Assembly (NCBI GenBank): GCA_030390025.1
Contig: CM059432.1
Location: forward strand, 43,960,001-44,024,000
DNA length: 64,000 nucleotides
Source of the DNA: Squalus acanthias
Lineage: Eukaryota
Reading direction: 5' to 3'
Below the pieces are notes generated by a model, which worked only from the letters and a program-made list of their open reading frames with translations, did not search any database and was not told the origin of the DNA. Both the position numbers and the translations under genes were made by a program. Below, one piece after another: positions 13,356 to 25,775 of this stretch (positions are counted from its first letter, which is position 1; each line of letters starts with the position of its first letter).

Positions 13356-13542
13356 CATTGGTTATACATAACCACTACAAGTGCAGTGTAATAGTAAAAC
13401 AAGGCACTTTGTAAAGATATTCATTGGTTAAAGAAAATTAACCAACATCCCATTAATCTCCTTGGAGACAGATGGACAACAAAGTATCAAGGCAGACATT
13501 TAAAGACAACGTTAAGTCCCAGTAATCGGTTTGAGACTGATA

Positions 13543-13906
13543 CAGGAAACTCTCTTTTAACCGGCACCCAAATAACCGGAAATCTCTCTTAACCGGCAAA
13601 ATTCTTGAGTAGGTAACCGGGGTTTTCCTTCATCTCTCCTTTAAAAATAACTTTAAAAAAAACCCTGAGGCGTTTGCCTTGTATCGGAGCATGTAGATTG
13701 GGTGGGGAATGTGCAGCCCGGGTAGGCAGCGGACAGGACAGATGGTCAGCTGGCGGTCCCCGGGGAGACGGAGCTCCGAATGCAGGCGCATGTCAGTGTG
13801 TACGGGGCTCTCGTACGTTGGGAGATATAACTCTCCATTATCCGGACTTTTTGATTAACCGGCACCACGCCGGTCCCGTCGGTGCCGGTTAATAAAGAGT
13901 TTCCTG
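13543..13906. mobile_element. Tc1/mariner (Tigger/pogo-like) MITE
   Basis: TIRs CAGGAAACTCT / AGAGTTTCCTG flanked by TA on both sides; subterminal TAACCGG repeats. Confidence 0.85.
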
Positions 13907-14671
13907 TACCAACATCATAGACTTATGTTGCTGGTTTCACATTGCTTTCTGGTAAGGCAATCCATCTCACATAGCTAGCCAAAATTTGATGCACTGCCAA
14001 TTCAATATAACTTCAACCCCAGTTAAATTGCAACATTTGCATCATTGCAACATTAAAACTGCATTGATTAAAAATTGGACCACAACAGACTTCTCCATAA
14101 TGCACTCTCACAGTGGCTCGGAATATAATGGTATTATGATAGATTGATGTGAGATTTGTAAAAATCAACAATCCATCTAATATCAAAATGCTACCAATGG
14201 CACTATTAATCATTAACATTGTACCAATTTGAAATACAAATTTGTTGCTTTCACTTTATTCTTCACTTTCTAAATCATCATCACTTAAAGGTTTATCAAA
14301 GAACAGTTTAAACATATGCCACCAGGTACATAGCCTGGGAATCGCTGGTAAATTGTTGAGTGAAGGGTATCCAGACATCAGTGTCTACCATGCTTATGGG
14401 ATGTCGGAAATGATTTCCAATTGTCAGTATGGCTTACACTAAGAGAGATCAAATCTAACTGCTGCTGGATGGTAAGTGTCAGATTTGCCTCTGGTGTATA
14501 CTCACACGTGATACTCTGAGAATCAATAATAAAACTTGACACACACTTGACTACCAGAACAGAGCATCAGCTGCAGTCATGAATCAAACCCAGACAGCAG
14601 TGGAGTAATGGAAGAAAATGATCCATTATGACAACAGCATTATATCAAGTCATTTTCCCACCTAAATATTG

Positions 14672-15370
14672 TGGCCCGTAATTTCCGATAGGAGGCTTCC
14701 TGCGTGCGGATGCCTCCTATCGGAAAAAAATCTACGAACTTACCCGAGGGCTCCCGAGGTCCGGACACTTCCGCTCCTGGGCCTCTCCACAGTCAAAATG
14801 AGCAGGGCCCACGTATCCCAGGGACGTATGCAGTTCGTAAGCGTCCCTGGGATTACGTGGGCCAGACCAGCCAATAGGAGAAGGGAATCTCCCTTCATAC
14901 TTTTGACAGATAGACCTGTCAAATATATGAATGGAGATCACCCCAAAAACACAGTAAAACATTAAATAAATTTTTTAAAAAACATCACGTTTTTAAAATG
15001 AGTTAAAATTACATTAAATTAAATATTTTAAACAAAAGTTTAATTTTTTGAAAAAAATAATTCGTTTTTTATGGGGCTAAAAATAAACTTACCTTTTTTA
15101 AAGTATTTTTTAATTATAAATGAGTGAATTTTTTAAAAAACTTTTTTTCAACTCTTATGCTGGTAAAAGCAGGTCTTACGCCTGCTTTTACCAGGCGTAA
15201 GATTTCTAAGGGTTTTCAGCGGGCGGAGGTTCTGCAGAAAGGGGAACTCTGCTCACACGGGCCCTTCTCCAGGGCAGGCGTCCGATCTGTCAAGGGCATT
15301 CTTGACAGATTGGAAATGCCGGTTTTCAGCGCATGCGTACACACCCGTAGGCATCGGAAAATACGGCCCA
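14672..15370. mobile_element. Harbinger-like MITE with internal hairpins
   Basis: Ends TGGCCCGTAATTTCCGAT / ATCGGAAATACGGCCCA, 3-bp flanks TTG/TTG; homologous to 37780-38150 and 38152-38943. Confidence 0.75.
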
Positions 15371-15937
15371 TTGTATTCATTTTTTCTTCTCTATTCTCTC
15401 GCAAACACTGTTACTTTTAATTCAGTATTCAAAAGATTGAAAGTTGGAAATGATATTTACATTTCTCCAGCAAAACAAAAATGTAACAACATTGTCTTTG
15501 TTCATGCTTCTCAACTAAATGCCATTTGTACCTGTTTCACTGTAAGAAAACTAGTCTTAGGCATTACAAGCAGGATATAAATGGCTAGGATTCTGCTTCA
15601 GTTTGACAAATGGTCTGCAGTGTATGTTGATAGATCTGAGCCAAAATGGTTACTAAAATACAAGTCTATGCATGGGATACTGAGGTCAATTAGTAAAGTT
15701 CAATAATTCTCTGAATGCAGGCCAAGAAACACAATTCCAGATTCCAGGAAATGTGTTTAATTTGTAGCAAGAGTTGAACAGAGCCCCTGCAATAAACACA
15801 ATGAAAGCTATTCAGAAGAACTATGTTGCTTATCACTCAGTTATAAAGAGAAAATGGAAGACTTCTACACTCACTGCTTAAATTTAAATTAGAAGTCGCA
15901 CAACACCAGGTTATAGTCCAACAGTTTTATTTAAAAT

Positions 15938-15973
15938 TACGAGCTTTCGGAGCTCCGCTCCTTCTTCAGGTAC
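15938..15973 (-). ncRNA. Minimal hammerhead ribozyme motif in a Penelope-like terminal fragment (15890-15973)
   Basis: Minus strand reads tac-CTGAAGA-aggagc gga gctcc-GAAA-gctc-gta, a complete core with stem II and a short stem I. Confidence 0.65.
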
Positions 15974-16454
15974 AGATCTCTGTAGTTGCAAACATTTTTG
16001 TAATTTTATTTTCAGCATTAAAATCCACATCATGTATTTTATTGATTTTTTACATGGATAACAGAAACCAGATGAGTATTCTAAAAGATGTGAGTAAGTT
16101 CAGCAATCAACAACATTATTCATGAAAACATTTTACAACAGAATATGTTGGAAATACACAGGTCAGTCAGCATCTGTAAAGAGAAAGGACAGGATATGAT
16201 GTTTCAGGTTTGTAACCCTTCATCACACCAAGAACATAACCGGTCTGTTCTCTTTACAGTTGCTGATCTGCTGTGTATTTCCAACATTTTATTTTTATTC
16301 AGATTTTCAGAATGTGCATTTTTATTTTACTTTACTGAAGCATTTTATAATTCATCTGCGCAGCTAGCTAGTATCTTTATCAATTTTAATAGCCAGAAAA
16401 TCATTTGGGCACGCAAACATTGCATAAGGTGCACTAATTCATAATATGTATTCT

Positions 16455-16815
16455 GCAATCTAGGCTGAAACTCTAATGTAGTACTGTGGCAGTGCTGCAT
16501 TGTTGCAGGTGTCATCCTTCAAATGAGATGTTAAACATAGGCCTCATCTATCTGTGTGCCAATTCAAGCAGATATTAAAAATTCCATGGCACTATATGAA
16601 GAACAAGAAGCTCTCCCCAAATTGTGGTTTTCCATTCTTCCCTCAACCAATACCACCAAAAACACTCATTTGTCATTACTGTAAATAGGATATTATTGTG
16701 CAAAAATAGCTTAGATAGTCGATCATTGCTTTTCATAGTAATTCATTGTATGTGAAGTGCTTCGAGAAGGTTGAGAGATTTGATAATGTACTATATAAAT
16801 GTAAGATTTTTTTTC
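16455..16815 (+). mobile_element. Old Deu-core SINE fragment
   Basis: Degenerate match to the SINE at 44331-44790. Confidence 0.65.
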
Positions 16816-16959
16816 TTTCTAAACTGACATAAAGTCTAGGATATATAGGATAACAAACAGGCTACATAAAATAGAATATATTGAGGGGTTTAATATGATG
16901 TTATAAAGCACTAAAGTGAAAAACAGTTGATTAACGTCTCGCAACTCTCAAGACATGTT

Positions 16960-17110
16960 GGGGTCATTTTCAACTTCACCGCCTGGGTGGTAACCTGGCA
17001 GAACAGATCAACCGCCATTTCAATGAGATGAATATCAGGCTGATTCTACAGTGGATGGGCGGTCCACTTCACCAGGTTACCGCCCACACAGTGAAGTTGA
17101 AAATTACCCC
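16960..17110. mobile_element. Short palindromic MITE (Harbinger-like ends)
   Basis: GGGGTCATTTTCAACTTCAC...GTGAAGTTGAAAATTACCCC inverted arms. Confidence 0.75.
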
Positions 17111-17827
17111 CATTATATCCTTATAAGAGTGTTATTTTGTAAAGTACATGCAAATAATTAGGACAAGGCATAGGTTCAAACTAGCAAAAGCCAAATTTAG
17201 GACTGATATCAGGAAATTCTCCTTCACACAAAGAGCAGGCTCGAGGGGCCGTATGGCCTACTCCTGTTCCTATTTCTTAGGTTCAATCAACATGTGGAAT
17301 GGAGTTCCAGGTAGGGTAGCTGAGCCAAAATCCCTAAAATGGTAACTGTAACTTCTCTCAGGACAGATGAGCTCTGATATGGGAAACGTGGCCGCTTATA
17401 TTTATCATGTGATTTTGTGAACTGGAATTTCTAGGGTACAAGTTTGTTATATTTTGTATAAGCTTATTTTTTTTTCTTTGACCAGGGGTCAATATCATGG
17501 CAGTCTTCTGTGGCTCAATCATGTAACTTGAACTGAAATGCTATTGTACATGATTTGAGGTGGAACTATATATGGTTTTATTTCACCTTTATCACATGAA
17601 TAGCATACTCGCAGTATATATATATCACAATATTCATATCAAGAAATGTTGCAACTATGAAGCAGCTCAAGCACAAATAAACAGCTAATTGGATTCATTT
17701 CTTTTAGATCCTCAGTGAAGAGGGGATTGGCTCATTACAGTTTTACCTTACTTAATGAATACATGGACTGCCCCCACTGCTGTGCTGTGGTGTGTCAGAA
17801 ATATCTCCAGTAACCTCTAATAATTAC

Positions 17828-17929
17828 CTGGAGAGTTAAAACTTCATTCTGTTGTGTTGACGAAATAAGATGTTTTTTCAACAGTGGATTTTGCTCAAAG
17901 TAGAATTCTTCCAGTTTAAGCTCCAGCAA
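17828..17929 (-). CDS. LRRC69: Internal exon: LLELKLEEFYFEQNPLLKKHLISSTQQNEVLTLQ
   Basis: 102 nt, acceptor ...ttgtaaag and donor gtaatt, phase 0/0; LRR C-cap motif (xNPL). Confidence 0.8.
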
Positions 17930-18449
17930 CTTTACAATTAAAAGTACAAAATAAAAATTATTGTCTTTAGTAAGTGTATGGCAATTACTTTGCTATATTT
18001 ATAATATTTTAAAAGTCCTGTTTGTCACACATATTTTCTGTTTCACACTTTTGTCTTCATACTTTGACAAAGTAAAACAGCAGCCAATCAGGACTGAAGA
18101 GGTAGGGAAGGTATGAATCAAAAGCAAGGTAAGCAACTAAAAAACTTCTAATGAGAACCTGTAATAAGTTATGAAAACAACCAATCCTGAATGGTCCAAA
18201 GAATTCTAATAAAACAAATTAAAAGTAGAAACAAATGAATCATTTTAATTATTCAAAATATTTCTCAAAATATTTTTAAGCCATCAGTTTTTCTCAGTAA
18301 TTGAATTTTTTACTGTCCAAAAACCATGAAGAAAGTCTACCAATGAAGTGAAAGAATGCTACAAGGTTCACATTCACACACAAATTAGAAGTAAACAGGG
18401 CATTAGCATGCTGAAGGGAAGATTCAGGAGCCTACATAGGTCCAAGATC

Positions 18450-20880
18450 ACATAGGATTACCTGGGATATACAGCACAGAAACAGACCATTCGGCCTAAC
18501 CAGTCCATGCCGGCGTTTATGCTCCACTCGAGCCTCCTCCCGTCTTTCCTCATCTAAATCTATTAGCATAACCCTCTATTCCCTTCTCCCTCATATGTTT
18601 GTCCAGCCTCCCCTTAAATGAATCTATATTATTCGCTTCAACCACTCCCTGTGGTAGCAAATTCCACATTCTCACCACTCTTTGGGTAAAGAAGTTTCTT
18701 CTGAATTCCCCATTGGTTTTCTTGGTGACTATCTTATATTGACGGCCTCTAGTTATGCTCGTCCCCACAAGTGGAAACATTCTCTCTGTATCCACTCTAT
18801 CAAAACCTTTCATAATTTTATAGACCTCTATTAGGTCACCCCTCAGCCTTCTTTTTTCAAGACAAAAGAGACCCAGCCTATTCATCCTTTCCTGATATGT
18901 ATATCCTCGCATTTCTGGTATCATCCTTGTAAATCTTCTCTGCACCCTCTCCAGTGCCTCTATATCCTTTTTATAATATGGTGAACTGAACTGCATGCAG
19001 TACTCTAAGTGTGGTCTAACCAAGGTTCGATGCAGGTTTAGCATAACTTCCCTACTTTTCAATTCAATTCCTCTAGAAATAAATCCTAGTGCTTGGTTTG
19101 CATTTTTAATGGCCTTGCTAACCTGTGGCGCAATTTTTAGTGATTTGTGTATTTGTACTCCGAGATCTCTTTGTTCCTCTACTCCACCTAGACTCGCACC
19201 CTCCAAGTGATAAGTAATCTCCTTATTCTTCCTACCAAAATGTAATACCTCACATTTGTCTGTGTTGAACTTCATTTGCCAATTATTTGCCCATTCTGCA
19301 AGTATATTAATGTACTCCTGTAATTTGTTGCAGTCCTCCTCAGTATTGACTACCCCCCTCAATTTGGTATCATCCGCAAATTTAGAAATTGTGTTTTTGA
19401 TTCCAGTCTAAATCGTTAATGTAAATTGTGAACAGCTGTGGTCCCAGCACTGATCCTTGTGGAACACCACTACCCACCTTCTGCCACTGTGTATAGCTAC
19501 CCTTTACTCCCATGCTCTGCTTTGTGTCTTGAAGCCAGCTAGCAATCCATTCTGCTACTTGTCCCCTGACTGCGCATTCTCTGACCTTATTCATTAGTCT
19601 ATTATGGGGTGCCTTATCGAAGGCCTTTTGAAAATCTAGATAAATTACATCTATTGCCTCTTCAAAAAATTCAATAAGGTTGGTCAAGCAAGATTTTCCC
19701 TTTAGAAATCCATACTGACTATTCATTATTATACTTTTCATTTCTGGATGTTCTTCTATTCTCTCCTTTAGTAGGGATTCCATTATTTTTACTACCACCG
19801 ATGTTAAGCTGACTGGTCTATAATTCCCTGGACATGTTCTATCCCCCTTCTTAAATATAGGTGTTACGTTAGCTATCCGCCAGTCCTCTGGCACTACATC
19901 TTTTTCTAACAAATTATTAAATATGTGTAGTAATGCCTCTGCTATCTCTTCCCTAGATTATTTTAAAATGCATGGATGCAATTCATCCAGACCTGGGGTT
20001 TTATCCTCTTTGAGTTTATTAGTTTATTTAATATATCCCCTTTTTTATTTTAAATGCACTTATCTAATTGCTCATCTCATCATCCAATGTCATGTCCACC
20101 TGTTCTATTTCCCTGGTAAATACCGAAGCGAAATAATGATTTAATATTTCTGCCATTTCCCTATCGTTACCTGTGGTATTGTCCTGTCCCTCCCTTAATG
20201 GCCCTATTCCCATCCCAACCTTCCTTTTTTTATTGATGTGCCTGTAAAATATTTTACTATTTTGTTTTATGTTCCTTGATAATTTAATTTCATAGTTCCT
20301 CTTTGACTTCCTAATTTTTTTTTACTTCTCTCCTAATCCCTTCGTATTTTCTCTTATCATGCACTCCTCTGCTGTCTATATACTTAATGTATGCCTCTTT
20401 CCTTACCCTCAATTGTTTCCTTATGTCTTTATTCATCCATGGAGTCTCATTAGTGTTTAGTTTGTTCTTTCCTTTTAGCGGAATATATTTTTCTTGCACT
20501 CTGTTGAAGACCATTTTAAATGTTTCCCATTGTCGTTCTACATCATTGTTTGCCAATATTGTTGCCCATTTTATCTTCCCAAGTTCTATTCTCAGCCCCT
20601 CAAAATCAGATTTTCTCCAATCTATTAACTTGGTTTTTGTTATTCTTATGTCCTTTGTTGTCATCTTAAAGCATATTATATTATGGTCACTATTGCCTAT
20701 ATGTTCCCCTACTTTTACTTCCCTTATCTGCTCTGGCTCATTCCCCATAACTAGATCCAATAGCGAATCCTCCCTTGTTGGGCTTTTTACATATTGGGTT
20801 AGAAAGGAGTCCTGTAGATATTGTAGGAACTCCATTCCCTTATCCCCTTTACTTACCTCTTCTGTCCAATTAATATCGGA
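18450..20880 (-). mobile_element. 5'-truncated CR1 LINE (APE C-terminus plus RT, frameshifted)
   Basis: ORFs 20311-20889 (SDH motif), 19382-19912 and 18550-19362 with CR1 ORF2 motifs. Confidence 0.95.
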
Positions 20881-20986
20881 TGTTCCCAATGTTATTTCAT
20901 GAATTGTGGTAACCTACTGTGTTCTCCACAATTTTGTTCTTCAGAAAGTCCTGTAAAGTGAGATTCCCAAGGAGGAGAAAGACTTA

Positions 20987-22749
20987 TGGCCACGATTTCC
21001 CCTACCTCGGTGGGTCCGGGGCAGGCGACGTCGGTAGCAGGTCCTGACCCCGCTGCTGGCTCCAGCCGGCTCTGTAGAATGATTTTACGTTGATTGGGCT
21101 TGTTAAGCCCGCCCAACGCCTTTGCCGGCCAATTGAAGGAAGTGGCTCTGATGACGTAATTTGATGACGCACCACCAGCCAGTTTCCTTAAAGGGACCAT
21201 GCGCAAATTGATTTTGACAGTTGTGCTGTCAGTGTTCTACAGCATTGAGGTGCTGCAAACACTGACAAGCACTGCACAGAGGTGCACGGCTGCACCCAGG
21301 TTCTCCCATCACACCCTCCATATGCTTATGGATGGAGTCACAGCACGCAGGGAGGTTCTCTTCCCTTCCCATGGGTGGAAGAGACTTCCCCAGGAGATCA
21401 ACGCTGCCTGGTTGTACATTGCAGAGGAGGGCACAAGCAGGGATGTCATCAGGAGGACCAGGGTGCAGTGCCGCAAACCTTTCAATGATCTGAGTAGATT
21501 ACGAAACGTTACTGCAAAGCCACATTCAACCTCATCCTGCTGTGCCTCTCATCACATCCCCATCACTCTGCCTTCCCTACCCTACTCCTGCACATCCTTA
21601 CTCACACCAACTTACCTTGCACCTCCACCAATCCCTCTCTATCTACATTATCACTTCCCCATCTCACTAGCCATCCCTCACACTCATCCTAGTCCAATCA
21701 TACCAACTAACACACAAGGGTAGGCACTTGGATGTTTTAGCCAATGTTCATGTAAAGTTTCTGTTAATGTGGTGTCAAACATTGAAACCTTTATTTTCAA
21801 CACTTTGCGCTCTTGGACAGACCTATGTGCACCTTTGGAAGTGGCTTAGTGAGTTGCAGTGAATGGTGAGACATAACGGTACCCCCCGCAATGGTGATGA
21901 GTGTGAAAGGAATGGCTTGGGCATTGTAGGGATGCTTTATGGTGTGGGTTTGGGGTGGTGCCAACCTGGCACATTGTGTGGCAGCCAGGGTGTACAGCGT
22001 CAAGTGAAGTAAACCTGGCCATGGTGAGGCCATCCCTGGCATCCCGGGCAGCAATGTGGTCGAGTGCTGATGCCCTCTGTCCTGTGCAGCATCAGTTGAT
22101 TGTGGAGAAGGTTGGTGATGTTGTTGGTGCTGCTGGTGTGCCTGGTGCTGCTGGTGTTGGAGCTGTTCGTGATGGATTCTGAGGACCAAGGTGAGATAGT
22201 TTCAAGGGCACTGATGCTGATGTAATAGTTGGCAGGTGAATTTGAGATGACAGAAGCGATCTTTCAATGGTGAGAGAGGTTGTTCCAATGAGGTGACAGT
22301 GGATAGAGAGTTTGCTCCAAACACTTGCAACCTGGATAAAGCTCAATCTGTCTTGCAAATGCAATAAGCTACAGTTTCTGAGCTTGGAAAGTGAACAGCT
22401 CTGAGATGGAAGCTTTTATAGCTGTCAAGTAATGAGATGATCCCATACCGATTCAACTCCCGACTTCCTTACCTGACGTGATTTCCGAACAGTGCGGACC
22501 CTGTGGGCGACCTTGTAAAATGGTACGGTGAGTTCAAAATACTGTTTAATGGGCTGTTAACAAGGTCATAATGACCTAAATTGCCTCCCCGCCGCTGTGT
22601 GTCGGGTCTGTTCAGCCCTGACCGACCTAACATCTGGGAAAGTAGTGTGGTAGCAGGATGATAGCCGGTTCCTGACCTGCTGTCAGGAAAATAAATTCCC
22701 ACCCGACCCGCCACCAAATGCGTAGCTGAGCCCCTGAAAAATTCCCCCC
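20987..22749. mobile_element. Non-autonomous PIF/Harbinger element with Myb/SANT exon (+) and Q-rich transposase-start remnant (-)
   Basis: Ends TGGCCACGATTT / AAATTCCCCCC with TTA TSD; ORF 21199-21723 reads APRFS...AWLYIAEE...RTRVQCRKPFNDL. Confidence 0.8.
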
Positions 22750-22999
22750 TTAGAAGCTGAGCTTCCTGAGACTGATGCACTCAGACATGAGGAGGACACA
22801 GCGGGGTCATAGACAGCTGTGTTGGGAGAGAGCTGTGAGACAAACTCATCAGAGAAACTTTCATTAACATCTGATCATATTATAGCTATCCAACATCTGT
22901 AATAATTAGGATGCTCCACATAATTTAAATATGCAATCCTTCTGAACACTACTATTATGCCTAATCCCTAGGAGACAGTATACAGAATCTCCTGTGAAC

Positions 23000-23960
23000 C
23001 CTATGAAATAATGCACTGGACATCTCGGAATCCGGTAAATATTGCTCTCTCCATTCTGTCACCCAAAGCATGAATGCTACCAGTCAAGGCCTGTACACTG
23101 GAACAGACTGTTCTGTGCGACATAAGCAGAGATTCCTGCAACTGCCATTTGTTCATTGCTGCTCTGCATTATTGGGAATCCCTCTCTGATGTTGCTGCAA
23201 AGGATGATATTGGACTCTGCAACCAGCCTCGGCACCTGCTGTACATTTTCAGAGAGGTTTTGTAATGTCTTCATGGTCTGATGCTCTGCTAGCATCTTTT
23301 GTTTCATGCAGAACACTTGAGATCATTGTCCAAAAACTTTTCAGCTAAGGACTGATGCTTCCACACAGCAACATCCTTCTCCAGTTCCACTGCCTCTTCC
23401 TCTTGTTTCCTTCTATGTTGTGCAGCACTCAGTGTCCACACCTCATCTAAAATATCTATATCCTCAGGAGTGACTCTATCTGGGCTGGTGAGTGCAAGTA
23501 ATAGTGTGAATGACGGTGTGAGTGAATTTGAGCTGACTGTCCCTGCTGTTGAGGGCCCTACCATTGGATCAATGTCGCTCTCTGCCTCTTCGTTCTTGCT
23601 TCCACCTCCTGTGGAGAGAAAAAGACAGAGAAATTCAATGAGTTTCCTGCTATCCACTTTTTCCTTACTGTTCTGTTCATGTAAGGACCTCCTTAGAATA
23701 TGAGTCTCAGAAAACTGAAACCGCTTTTTGATATTTGAACATTAACACTTGGTCTGCACAAACCAACTGTGGGTGCAGGATCTCACATGACTCCTTCCCG
23801 TTGCCTCAACTGACTGAGATTCCAGTATCACAACTTCCTCCTCCACCTCCTGCTGCATTAATGGATGAATATCTGCCGTTCTTCTTCCCTGTAGTTTGTT
23901 GCTCCCATGAGCTGTAAGCAATTTTGTCCTGCATGAGAACAGAGTGCTTGTCACTTGTAA
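23000..23960 (-). pseudogene. Degraded Harbinger Myb/SANT-partner C-terminal exons
   Basis: AHGSNKLQGRRTADIHPLMQQEVEEEVVIL resembles the AHNxxExxxTGGG exon of the copy at 11.2 kb; coiled-coil-like tail. Confidence 0.45.
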
Positions 23961-24067
23961 GCACAGACTGGTTTATTATACAACTATTGGAGAACTCCTC
24001 TCACTTCTCTTATGGAGTTCTCACAGAGAAAAGTATTTTTCAAAGTGAATACATGAATTGTGGATTT

Positions 24068-24133
24068 TCCAGTGATATAATTTAATTGCATAGAAATCTG
24101 TGTAATTCTATGTAATTAAATTATATCACTGGA
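24068..24133. repeat. 28-bp-arm inverted repeat (hairpin) next to the LTR element insertion site
   Basis: Arms 24068-24095 and 24106-24133 match with one mismatch, separated by a 10-nt loop. Confidence 0.9.
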
Positions 24134-24140
24134 GAATTTC

Positions 24141-25771
24141 TGTAGAATTCGCAATTATCGCGATTTCATTTTAATAAGGAGAAAACACAAAGTTTCGTTC
24201 AAAACAGCTTTTTATTTCAGCGGAATGCTGTCAGGTTTAAATTGGACACAAGCAGCCTGTAAAATGGCCGCCGCACCTCGTGACAGAACATTCTAGACTT
24301 TTCAACAGGCAGACAAGATGGCGTTCCAATAAACATTTTTTGCAGGGTCGATAAACGATTCAGCACAGTGAAGACAATACACAGGACATTATGGGTTTAC
24401 AGTATAAACATCGATACTGGAATCGGTCTCCCAGGTACAAAGGAAAGCCATCAAGGGCCCATCCAAAGGACATTAATATGCAAACTCCCAACGGCTCTAC
24501 GATGAGAGAGCCGTTAGCAGGTAGTTATACAGGACACTTGGAAGCCCCAAACCCCTCCAGGGGGAACACCGACCGATTTAACAATGGGAGAAATATTAAC
24601 AGGTACTCAAACATTCAGGAGTAGCCCCGAAACCCATTAAGGACAGAGATCACCCATACAGGACATTTTGGGCGCCAAACCGTTAAACAAAAGAATGGAC
24701 ATTGTAGTTGGGCGGGAAACGGAAGAACTGTGCACTATAATTGCAGGCCCAAACCGTCCATTCGCTCTCTTGCTCTTGGCTCTTGCCTCGTGTTCTTGAC
24801 TCTTGCCGCTTGTTGCTGTTATCATCGTGGCTGCTCCTGTGTTTTATCCGGTCGATTCGTAACCTCGTGGCTGCTCCTGTGTAAAAGACTGTTGCAAAGA
24901 CCTATGTTGGTAGCGGGCAGCGGAACCAAAGGCCCGAGATGAGATGAGATGAGAGGAGAAGAGAAGAAGACCTTATCCATCGCCACGGTCAGTAAATCCC
25001 GACTGCGCCTGTAGGTCGATCAGCCAAGTCTTCTCGACAGGAAGTTTTCTTCGTTAAACTTTTAACAAGACATATTGCATCAACGATAACTGGACTGTGC
25101 AAACACATCGTATCAGTGATATTGACAACGGTGCTCCACCATACCTTGTACCCAACCAACAGAGGTCTTCACTACAGCGGACGGTCCAGCCGACTGACCG
25201 AGCAGCAGAAGCAGTAAACAAGTGGGACCAGGAGATCTCCTGACCAACACGTGGGTGCTGCGGTGAAAAACATCCGATCTGCTATTCGGGATTTCTCCGA
25301 GTTATTACGAGTGGTGAGCATGAGTCTCGGGATCCTACGAAGCTAGTTTAGGATAGACATTGATAGGGGAGGGTTTAAAGATTAAGGATATTTGTAATGT
25401 GTGCCCTATTTACGTTGTGCTGGTCGTTCCTCGTTTCCCTAAGAGTGATTATAACTGTTTGTAAGATTGTACTGTCATTAATCTGTGCATATGACATGTA
25501 TTTCATAATTTTAAGTATCATGCAATAAAGATTTTCCATTTCGTACCGTTCAAACCAAGTCTACATGAGTTTTATCTCCATTACTGCTCTCGCATCTAAG
25601 TCCAGTGTCTAGAACCGTAAGGGAGAGTGATTCGAACCACTCACAGGGGTGTCTAGTGTTCCCAGACTGGCTGGAGACCAGGCCTAGACCCGCACTGACA
25701 TACAGGCTGCACAGAGCCGCGTGAATCTCACAGGCTACGAGACACGCAGGGTCAGGAGAGTATCCCTTACA
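24141..25771 (+). repeat. 5' LTR (1631 bp)
   Basis: Direct repeat of 31752-33400. YY1-like sites at 24261 and 24314, TATAAT at 24736, AATAAA at 25524. Confidence 0.97.
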
Positions 25772-25775
25772 GAAA

